This document shows positions 18,922 to 27,142 of a stretch of DNA of 64,000 nucleotides, one piece after another. Source of the DNA: a virus. Lineage: Duplodnaviria > Caudoviricetes. Made by a program: the position numbers and the translations under genes. Under the pieces are notes generated by a model, which saw only the letters and a list, made by a program, of their open reading frames with translations, was not told where the DNA came from and did not search any database. How positions within the stretch are numbered: the first letter of the stretch is position 1; each line of letters begins with the position of its first letter. The DNA lies in the IMG/VR virus record IMGVR_UViG_3300029798_000001, one strand, 5' to 3'.

Positions 18922-19362
18922 GTGTTAGCTGAATTATTAAAAACTCTGCTTGCTAGTCAATTTGCTTACTATTTAAAAGCTACTTTCTTCCATTGGAATT
19001 GCGAAGGAGCAGATTTTTATCAGCTACACAAATTTTTCCAAAAAATTTACGAAGATGCCTATTCTGCTGTAGATACTATAGCTGAAGAAATTCGCACTCT
19101 TGATGAATATGCCCCCGGTAGCTTTGAACGCTTTGCCGAACTTTCACAAATACAAGGACAAACTAAAGTTCCTAGAGCTAGGCTCATGATTGAGGAATTG
19201 TTGGCCGATAGTCAGACCATGATTGATCTACTCAATCAAATATTTGTTGTTGCAACCAAAGAAAACAAACAAGATATTGCTAATTTTATGGCTGAGCGGT
19301 TAACGGCGCAAAACAAATATATGTGGCAGTTAAAAAGTTTCCTAAAAGAAGCAAGGGCATGA
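18922..19362 (+). CDS. dps: Dps/ferritin-like protein
   Basis: FHWNCEGADFYQLHKFFQKIYED...DTIAEEIR; likely GTG start behind the AAGGA RBS. Confidence 0.85.
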   Translation: MLAELLKTLLASQFAYYLKATFFHWNCEGADFYQLHKFFQKIYEDAYSAVDTIAEEIRTLDEYAPGSFERFAELSQIQGQTKVPRARLMIEELLADSQTMIDLLNQIFVVATKENKQDIANFMAERLTAQNKYMWQLKSFLKEARA

Positions 19363-19365
19363 TCC

Positions 19366-20841
19366 GTGTCACAAGACCATAACGATATCTATTCTATTGT
19401 AGAACGTCTTCGTATGCTTGAAGAAGGCTTAAACACGAATCAACGAAGTGTTAATCAACTTTCGGCCACATTTCGACCAAAAACAGTAGCAGTGCTTACT
19501 GCCAAAACTGATCCTAAAAATCCCCTGGCCGGCAAGTTAGTTGGTGGTTGCGAGGAAAGTGAAGAGCTTGATGATGACAATGCTATTAATAATGCAATAG
19601 ATCCAGAAAGAGATCGCAATACTATTGCCTCTGAAAGTCGTGTAGAAGAAGATGTCCTGGATAAAGTTAAAAGTAGTTTTTCAGACTATCTAAAAAGTAT
19701 TGAGGACAAGTATCGAGATTCTCACTTGAAAGATAAAAAACACGAAGATACAGATTTACGAGCAAAAGATAAAACAGATCGGGATCTACGCCCTAAACAA
19801 GTTACTGCCGAAGGCTTAGAACAACAATATCTATGGCACGGGTCAAGACAAAAGATTCCTATGTTAGAACCACGCCAATCAGTAGATACAGGTGGTGCGG
19901 CAGGTAGCAATCAAAATGCTATCTATGCTACAAGTGATCCTAAAGTTGCTATAGCAATGGGACTTACAACTCCTGGTAGCGATACAGGTATGTTCCCTAA
20001 CGATCCTCAGATGGTCTTGTTTAGTGGCAAGATTAGAAAAGGTGAAAATGTTTACCTACACAAGGTGCCGATGAATGGACCTGATGGCAAACCGCAGTTT
20101 GTTCAAGGTGGCAACAGTAGAGAGTGGTATTCCAAGCCAGGTGTTAAAGAAATTAAGCCACTAGAAGTAAAAGCAGTTCCTGTGGACCAGTATCTGAACT
20201 TGATTAGACAAGCAACACCGCAAGATTTAGAACTACAGAAAAAGTATATGAAGCAAGGTATAGCGGAAGCCATCGATACACAGGCATATTATATTGTTAA
20301 TGCTAACAAGAATTATTCAATCTTGGCAGGTCCGTTTGCGTCACGCGAGCAAGGCCGCGCAGAATTTCAAAAAATAATACATCAATATCCTGGCGACTTG
20401 AAAGATCTTAGTTTACTACAAGGTCATGTATTACAGCAATCACAAAAAGATGCACTGGATGAACCAGATAGCAAAGAGCCGTGGCATGGTATTAAAGATC
20501 CTGAGCTATTAAAAGATTTAATTGCTGATGCACAAGTTATGGACTACGATGAGTTCTACGATGAATACAGTAGTATGTTTGATGATCCAGAAGAATTCTG
20601 GGATAACTATCATAACGACGAGCAAGATATAGTAGAAAGCGCACCAGTTAAGACTATTACCAATGAATGTGGGTTGTGGGAAGTGCATGGTGATGATCAT
20701 AGCGGGTTTGCAATTCGCCACGGTAATCGTCAACTACCCACACGCTTTAAAAATTTAGAAGAGGCCGAGTTGGCCTTAGAGATGTTTAATATTCGTCGCC
20801 GTCGGCGTGATGACGCAGCGGATTACATAGACGAAGCATAA
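19366..20841 (+). CDS. Polyprotein containing an ADP-ribosyltransferase-like module
   Basis: LWHGS...LEPR...AIYATSD (HG[ST]...Y[AF]T pattern of ART folds) bounded by TAE|G and QGIAE|A. Confidence 0.65.
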   Translation: MSQDHNDIYSIVERLRMLEEGLNTNQRSVNQLSATFRPKTVAVLTAKTDPKNPLAGKLVGGCEESEELDDDNAINNAIDPERDRNTIASESRVEEDVLDKVKSSFSDYLKSIEDKYRDSHLKDKKHEDTDLRAKDKTDRDLRPKQVTAEGLEQQYLWHGSRQKIPMLEPRQSVDTGGAAGSNQNAIYATSDPKVAIAMGLTTPGSDTGMFPNDPQMVLFSGKIRKGENVYLHKVPMNGPDGKPQFVQGGNSREWYSKPGVKEIKPLEVKAVPVDQYLNLIRQATPQDLELQKKYMKQGIAEAIDTQAYYIVNANKNYSILAGPFASREQGRAEFQKIIHQYPGDLKDLSLLQGHVLQQSQKDALDEPDSKEPWHGIKDPELLKDLIADAQVMDYDEFYDEYSSMFDDPEEFWDNYHNDEQDIVESAPVKTITNECGLWEVHGDDHSGFAIRHGNRQLPTRFKNLEEAELALEMFNIRRRRRDDAADYIDEA

Positions 20842-23800
20842 GGAAAAATAAATGTTTGCATTAGACCTATTCAACACAAAATACGAGAAGTCACTACAAG
20901 AGGGTGCCACAGATAACACGACCGAACATCTGCTTAAACCTCTCCATCTCCGTGCTGCAAACATTCTTACACAGTTGCGTTCCGGACATACTACTCCTGA
21001 AAAAGTAGCGGCCCTTACAAAAGAATATGAAGATTTAGTTGCAGAGCGTATGAGTATTCTTAAAGGTGAACACCCAGAATCAACAAACGAAATGGGTTAC
21101 GGTAGTCTAGGCGAAGATGATATGATTCCAGTTGGTCGTATGCAACCCGGTACACCAGAATATGCTGCCGCCCGTAATCGTTCTGTAAAATACGCAGAGT
21201 TGACACCAGATTACACAGGCGGGCATAAAACTGCTGGCCCTACTACTGTCGGATATAAAAAAGCAACAAACAAACCGTTGGTCCCAGGCGAAGTTGAAGT
21301 GGCGGAAGCCGGATTACCGGGCAATTTACCTCCAGAACAAATTCCGGGTAAAGAAGATTTACTAAAAGGTAAGGGTCGTCAAACTTACGAAGAAAATATA
21401 GACGAAGGGTTTGGCCCTGTTGGTAGTAAGGGATTAATGAATGGCAATTTTGCTACATTTATGAAAGCTCGCCAAAACAGGACACCAGTTACATTAGAAA
21501 TCGGTGGTGAGGAGTTTAGACTTACACCAACAATGATGGATGCTATGGCTAAGAAATATCTTGCAGATAAAGCCGCTAGTGATGCAGCCCCTACTAATCG
21601 AGATATAAAATTAATAGCTGTTAACAATTATCGTGCATTTGGTTATCCACAATTGATGAGAGCATTTATCGACGGTGTTGCTACTCACGACAACACTCCT
21701 CCGGCTAATGTGCCAGGTGAACAGTTGCCAATGTTCGAAAGAACTCAACAGGTTCAAAAAAAAAATTCTAAAAAAGCCGATCCAGATTTAGGTGCCGGTA
21801 CAGCTCGAGATGCGACGGTACAGAGAGAACTTCAAAAGGTTCGGGCCCGCCATCCTAATGCCCGTAGCGATATCGAAGCCCTGGTCAAAGACGAAATAGT
21901 TAATCAAGAACGAGTTGACCAGGAATTGTCTCAACAACAAGATAATATTCAACAACAAACAGCTCAATTAGCACAATTAGGTAGTGTAAATCGACAACAA
22001 GATACAAAAATAAACAGTTTACAGCAACAGTTAGCTACCGCGGTACAGTCTATTAAATCTGCACCCGTTACTCCAGCTACTACAAAACCCGCCAGTATGC
22101 CTGTTAGTAAGCCTGCTAGTGTTGCTCCTGCAACTACTACAGTGCCAAGTAGTATTACAGCAGCATTGCCGGTACCACAGACAGCCAAGGATCAAGAAAT
22201 TTACGATAAAGTTCAAAGTCTCGAAACAGAGCTTAAAGACAAAATTGATGCCATGGCTAGCTGGAATGCTATTGCACAAAAAGATCCTCAATCTAATAAT
22301 GAACTTACAGCACTGCGCAAAGAAGTTGAGCGCACTAAGAAAGAATTACAGCAACAAATTATTAAACTTAAACCAATTAAAAAGAAACCAACAACTCAAG
22401 CTCCGGCGTTATCAGACCCTAATGTAATTGATATAGATGCTTGGGAGGTTCCGGGGATGGCAGTACCCGAAGTGCCTGATAATATAAAAACCGAGCCAGG
22501 AACTGCTACGCCCGCAAAAGAATTACCGATTGATCAATTAGATCACCAAGTTGATACTACTCCATTCGCCGGTGGTACTAAAAACAATCAATGGGGTCCA
22601 AAAAATATGCCAGGTGGCAGATTTACAGTACAAGATGTTGACCCTTACGACATCGGAGTTCATGAAGCTGTTGAACCCGGTGAAGAAATCTCAACAAATG
22701 AATTACTATACCGTGCGGCTGTTGAGTATATGCAACACATGGGCCGCGAAGGTCAGCCAGTTGACTACGAAACAGCCGTTAAGTTGGCAGCCAAACATTA
22801 CCATATTCCTTACCGCCCAGGTATGGTTCCAGAATTACATGCCAAGCGTCAAGAACTAGATGCTAAACTTGATGCGGCTATTAGAGCTCGTCAAGCCGAG
22901 CGTGGTGCCCGTAAACAACGACAACTGGCTCGCACAGCGCCAACTACCCCAGAACAGGAAAAGAAAATGCAAGACTATTGGTCCAAGAATGCGCCACAGG
23001 CTACAAGAGTAAAAGCACCAACACGAAGTTTAGAAGAAAATCAACAGTTACATGTCGGTGATCCTATTGTTGTTACAGCACCCAACGAGTTTGAAGGTAA
23101 GACTGGTGAGATCTACGACTTTGCGCCAAGTGGCAAGTTTGTTATTGTCAACTTGTACAATCACGGCAAACACAGTATGCACCTAAGTGATGTTGAATAC
23201 AATCAATATGCCAACGACCAAGATGAGAAAGAATTTTGGAATGGTGATAAAGAAGTTAATGAAAGCAATATGAGTGAGTTAGATGCAATGCGTCAAGATC
23301 TTGAATTAATGAATGATCGCCAATTTAAAGTTGCCTATGGTATAAGCAAGGTAGCATTTAGGCAAAAGTATCGTGCATTATTGAATCCAGCACCTCAACA
23401 AGATGTTCCGGTAGAAGAAGGATGGCAAGACTTCAACAAGGTAGAGCCATATGCTGTTTGTTTAGCTGGCAAGCCTGTTAAGAAGTTTGACTACTATGAA
23501 GAAGCTCGCCGCTTCCACGATAACTGGAAGAAGAAGTTGTACCGCGAAGGCAACAAAGAAAAAGCAGATAAGATTACCTTGATGCCCATCATGGACGAAG
23601 GTGATGATCAGAATGGTCAACCTAGGGCTGGATTACCTGCAAATTTTGCAAACAGAATAATGGCATTAGATTTTCCACAAAGAAAAATATTTAGAGATTA
23701 TATAAATTCATTTAACAAAATTCGCCAGGCATCGGCCGATCTTAATAAGATGTTGGCTGGATTTCCTAAAGATATTATTGACGCTTATCAACAGTTAACT

Positions 23801-25144
23801 CCTGAGCAACAACAGTCAGTGTCAATGGTGTTAGAACCTGGTTGGGAAGAAGAAAACCAACTGGTACAAAAATATAAAAATGGAGTTGTAAAAAAACAAG
23901 GCGTGACAGAAGCTGGTAGCCCAGCACAACAGGCTGCCATCGCCATTGCTATGAAGCGGGCTGGTAAGAAACCTAAGCAAGCAGATGAGGGACAATTTAG
24001 CGTCACTGATGATCCATCTGCACATATTAAAGTATTATTTCTTAAAACAATAAACGGAAATGAATATCGTTTGGTAAAACAAGGCGGTGTGTATAAGATT
24101 TATGTAAACAGAAGTAAGAAAACCAAACAAGAATTTCCATCTTTTGACCTTGCTAAAAAAGCATTACAACAATTATTATTAAATGCAGTGAATACAGATG
24201 AAGCGTATACACCAAGTCCAGCTAAACCGTTTCGCAATCCTAGAGGCTTTAATAAACAAGGCACAGGTGTAGGCAATAAATTAGCACAACAAACTCGTGC
24301 TGAGTTAGCAAACATACAACCAAGGAAAGGTACACCGGTTCCAGCCAAAGAATTTGCTCAAGGTGTTTTGAAAGATTTAAAGAAGGTGAATGTAAAAGAA
24401 GCAGAAGGTAGTTGGATTGTGTATGATCCCGAAACCAAACAGATCAAGAAGCGTTTTAAAACACACACCGCAGGCAAGAGCTATGCTCAAACTCACGGCC
24501 TAGGATTTGCCAGTAGTGAATACTACTTTGACCGTGTTAAAGAACCGGTTAATGAACTTGATGTTAATACCTTAAAGAGTTATGCAGACAAGCGTGGAGC
24601 ACAAGTGGCCGCAATGAAGGCCGACAATCCTAATCCTCAAACAGGCAGTAAAGAATGGGTTCAACAAGCTGTTCCGGCACAACAAGTAGGTCTTGCAAAT
24701 CGTAAGATTGCTCGTAAAGAACGCCAGCAAGGTGTGGCGGAGGACTGGATTGATGACGATGCCGCAGAGCCATTGGCCAAATACTTTGCTGACTTATACT
24801 ATGGCGATTTTAGTGCTACTATGAAAGTTAAACTAACCTCACACATTTATCAAGCTATTCAAAACGGTGAGTTGAGTATTGAACAACTTAAAGCTGACAT
24901 TGATATGTTGGAAAAAGAAAAAGGCATTAAAGAGCAAGGTGTGGCGGAAGGCAAGGGTCTGGCTAAGAAGGTAAAGATTGTTAAAGGTCCAGATGCAGGC
25001 AAGACAGGTTGGATTAGAGAAGTTAAACATGGTGCTTTCAAAGGTGCTCCAAAAACTTATTATATTGATTTAGATGATGGTGGTCAGGCAAATAACTTAC
25101 CGGCCACAGCATTACGATTAGTTAAAGAACAAGGCATGGCGGAA
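20254..25144 (+). repeat. Dispersed 15-nt repeat CAAGG(T/C)RTRRC(G/A)GA(A/G) encoding QG(V/M/I)(A/T)E
   Basis: Copies at 20254, 23897, 24728, 24935 and 25130; partial copies at 21299 and 9786. Confidence 0.9.
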
Positions 25145-25930
25145 GGCTATACTCCGGATACAAACTATTCTTATACTATTGTAGGCAACGGTGACGAATC
25201 TAAAGCGTATGATAGTAAAGAAGAAGCGCGAGATGCCATGCGTAAACTTGGCGCTGGTTATAAGATTAAACGCAAGCCACGCACAAGTGCTCGTAGTGTT
25301 AAAAAACATTTTAGTAATCGCAATATGGAACTTGGTGAAACACACGAACCACAGAAGTTTATTGTTACTATCAATGGTAAAGCCACTAGCCCACTATACC
25401 CAGATATGGCAGATAAATTATACATAGCGGCCAAGCGGGCACAACCTAATGCTCGTGTTGAAAAGACTGTGGCACAAACTACGGAGCGTCAAAAAGGTAT
25501 TGATCGTGTTAAAGCTGGCTACGGTGATGAAGATGCATTAGAATTACATGAACAACTGCCATCAACACCGCCGGCTAATCGCAAAGAGTATTTAGATCAA
25601 CGCGATAAGTTATTCCGTATGTTGGCAGTTGACACCAACCCAGTTAATAAGCAGATTATTAAACAGGCATTAAAAGATTTAGACAATCGATATGGTTCTA
25701 TAAAAAATCCAGTAAATGAAGAAAATAGCACCAGCAGTGAAGCTGTTGAAATAGCCCTAATTCGTCGTGTATTAGTAGCACATACTGATTTAATCATGGA
25801 TTTTGGTCTTGACAAGGTTACACAAGCCATCGAGGAAGTTGCTTACAATGTTGGTGATGTGGATGAAATCGGCACCAGTGATGTTAGTGGCTGGATCCAT
25901 CAAGTCAAACAAATACTCGGTGTTGAATGA
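20852..25930 (+). CDS. 1692-aa modular polyprotein with many xxE|G/A/S linkers, coiled coil and two KOW/SH3-like modules
   Basis: Repeated QGVAE/QGMAE/QGVTE, VNE, VEE, IDE and MDE boundaries; VGDPIVVTAPNEFEGKTGEI and VKIVKGPDAGKTGWI resemble KOW. Confidence 0.75.
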   Translation: MFALDLFNTKYEKSLQEGATDNTTEHLLKPLHLRAANILTQLRSGHTTPEKVAALTKEYEDLVAERMSILKGEHPESTNEMGYGSLGEDDMIPVGRMQPGTPEYAAARNRSVKYAELTPDYTGGHKTAGPTTVGYKKATNKPLVPGEVEVAEAGLPGNLPPEQIPGKEDLLKGKGRQTYEENIDEGFGPVGSKGLMNGNFATFMKARQNRTPVTLEIGGEEFRLTPTMMDAMAKKYLADKAASDAAPTNRDIKLIAVNNYRAFGYPQLMRAFIDGVATHDNTPPANVPGEQLPMFERTQQVQKKNSKKADPDLGAGTARDATVQRELQKVRARHPNARSDIEALVKDEIVNQERVDQELSQQQDNIQQQTAQLAQLGSVNRQQDTKINSLQQQLATAVQSIKSAPVTPATTKPASMPVSKPASVAPATTTVPSSITAALPVPQTAKDQEIYDKVQSLETELKDKIDAMASWNAIAQKDPQSNNELTALRKEVERTKKELQQQIIKLKPIKKKPTTQAPALSDPNVIDIDAWEVPGMAVPEVPDNIKTEPGTATPAKELPIDQLDHQVDTTPFAGGTKNNQWGPKNMPGGRFTVQDVDPYDIGVHEAVEPGEEISTNELLYRAAVEYMQHMGREGQPVDYETAVKLAAKHYHIPYRPGMVPELHAKRQELDAKLDAAIRARQAERGARKQRQLARTAPTTPEQEKKMQDYWSKNAPQATRVKAPTRSLEENQQLHVGDPIVVTAPNEFEGKTGEIYDFAPSGKFVIVNLYNHGKHSMHLSDVEYNQYANDQDEKEFWNGDKEVNESNMSELDAMRQDLELMNDRQFKVAYGISKVAFRQKYRALLNPAPQQDVPVEEGWQDFNKVEPYAVCLAGKPVKKFDYYEEARRFHDNWKKKLYREGNKEKADKITLMPIMDEGDDQNGQPRAGLPANFANRIMALDFPQRKIFRDYINSFNKIRQASADLNKMLAGFPKDIIDAYQQLTPEQQQSVSMVLEPGWEEENQLVQKYKNGVVKKQGVTEAGSPAQQAAIAIAMKRAGKKPKQADEGQFSVTDDPSAHIKVLFLKTINGNEYRLVKQGGVYKIYVNRSKKTKQEFPSFDLAKKALQQLLLNAVNTDEAYTPSPAKPFRNPRGFNKQGTGVGNKLAQQTRAELANIQPRKGTPVPAKEFAQGVLKDLKKVNVKEAEGSWIVYDPETKQIKKRFKTHTAGKSYAQTHGLGFASSEYYFDRVKEPVNELDVNTLKSYADKRGAQVAAMKADNPNPQTGSKEWVQQAVPAQQVGLANRKIARKERQQGVAEDWIDDDAAEPLAKYFADLYYGDFSATMKVKLTSHIYQAIQNGELSIEQLKADIDMLEKEKGIKEQGVAEGKGLAKKVKIVKGPDAGKTGWIREVKHGAFKGAPKTYYIDLDDGGQANNLPATALRLVKEQGMAEGYTPDTNYSYTIVGNGDESKAYDSKEEARDAMRKLGAGYKIKRKPRTSARSVKKHFSNRNMELGETHEPQKFIVTINGKATSPLYPDMADKLYIAAKRAQPNARVEKTVAQTTERQKGIDRVKAGYGDEDALELHEQLPSTPPANRKEYLDQRDKLFRMLAVDTNPVNKQIIKQALKDLDNRYGSIKNPVNEENSTSSEAVEIALIRRVLVAHTDLIMDFGLDKVTQAIEEVAYNVGDVDEIGTSDVSGWIHQVKQILGVE

Positions 25931-26568
25931 GATTTGGTGAATTTAAACGAGCCAGCCAAGAACACCTTGACGAAATTCTAGTTCGTTTATGTGCTATGGT
26001 GGTTGACGGTCAGAAGAAAGACCCTGACCATTATGGCATGGTTGCTGCTGCGGTATTAGATCCTGATAATAATTGTGTTGCGGCTACTAGTTATAATGAA
26101 GATGGCAAGTGGGTGCATGCCGAGAGGGCGGCAATAGATGCATATCATAGTCGTGGTGGCCGTATTCCAGCCGGCAGTATTATTATTACAACCTGTAGTC
26201 CATGTAGTGAAAAAATGGATGACCGCTACAGTGAAAGTTGCACAGACTTAATTAATGATACAGGTGTAGACTTAGTCTATGCTGGCTATGAAGATCCCAC
26301 CCAACATGCAGAGCAGGCCAAGTTCAAGGTTGAAGTGTCCGACAATCCAAAGATACACGAACTATGCCATGTATTTGCATCAACCTTTATGGACAAAGAA
26401 GCGGCACAGTTAGATGAACTCAGCTTCTTAGGATCGCCATGCACCAAAGACTGTTCGGGTCATCGTGCTGGCTATGCCTGGAGCCAAAGCAAAGGTGGGC
26501 GTGTTGCCCAAAGTCCTTTTAGTCCTAGTTTCAATAATGGTAGCCAACTTCAAGTGGATGGTAAGTAG
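25927..26568 (+). CDS. Zn-dependent deaminase (CDA/dCMP deaminase superfamily) with C-terminal Cys module
   Basis: VHAERAA (HxE) and CSPC...C motifs; MRFGEF leader. Confidence 0.75.
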   Translation: MRFGEFKRASQEHLDEILVRLCAMVVDGQKKDPDHYGMVAAAVLDPDNNCVAATSYNEDGKWVHAERAAIDAYHSRGGRIPAGSIIITTCSPCSEKMDDRYSESCTDLINDTGVDLVYAGYEDPTQHAEQAKFKVEVSDNPKIHELCHVFASTFMDKEAAQLDELSFLGSPCTKDCSGHRAGYAWSQSKGGRVAQSPFSPSFNNGSQLQVDGK

Positions 26569-26652
26569 AGTTATGAACGAATACCCAGTATACCCAGAAC
26601 AACAAGGTGAGGAGGATCGACCAGTCCTTCCTTACTCACCTGTTTAAAGAAT

Positions 26653-26726
26653 AGCCTTAGGACCGCACTAGTTGCGAGGCTGGGTGGTTACTACCCTGGG
26701 TCATCCGATTCGCTACCGGAATCCCA
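26653..26726 (+). ncRNA. Candidate structured RNA
   Basis: GC-rich intergenic island with nested stems AGCC/GGCT, CGCA/TGCG, GGGTGG/CTACCC, TGGG/CCCA and TCCG/CGGA. Confidence 0.35.
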
Positions 26727-26750
26727 AAAAGTAACTTTACTAAAATATCA

Positions 26751-26778
26751 TTGACTTTCTAAAATAATACTGTATAAT
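26751..26778 (+). promoter_or_regulatory. sigma70 promoter
   Basis: TTGACT-16 nt-TATAAT. Confidence 0.7.
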
Positions 26779-26803
26779 AGTAAGACTTACTTAGGAGATT
26801 TAT

Positions 26804-27064
26804 ATGTCAGACCGTATTTTTACAGCAGAAGAGACCAAAAAACTTAATCAAATCATAAATGAGGGAATTCAAGTCACAATGGAAATCGAAACTCTTCAAG
26901 GTGGATTAACTGATACCGTAAAAGCAATTTCGGAAGAACTCAACATTAAACCATCTATCCTCAAAAAAGCAATCCGCCTGGCACATAAATCAGAATTTGG
27001 CCGTGAGCAGGATGATCACAGTTTGCTCGAGCAAATACTTACACAAGTAGGTAAGACACTATAA
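26804..27064 (+). CDS. Small DNA-binding protein, T4 DsbA/GapR-like
   Basis: 86-aa helical protein with LTDTVKAISEELNIKPSILKKAIRL, next to the polymerase. Confidence 0.55.
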   Translation: MSDRIFTAEETKKLNQIINEGIQVTMEIETLQGGLTDTVKAISEELNIKPSILKKAIRLAHKSEFGREQDDHSLLEQILTQVGKTL

Positions 27065-27142
27065 ATATTGTTTTACAACAGCGAGTCGCTCACGTTACGA
27101 ACATGAATCAAGGTCAGTGGGCCATAAGCCACAAGGAGAAGA

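Noticed and set aside
20254-25144. QGVAE repeats as a CRISPR array
   Set aside because: They are short, degenerate, irregularly spaced and in frame within coding sequence; no cas genes are present.
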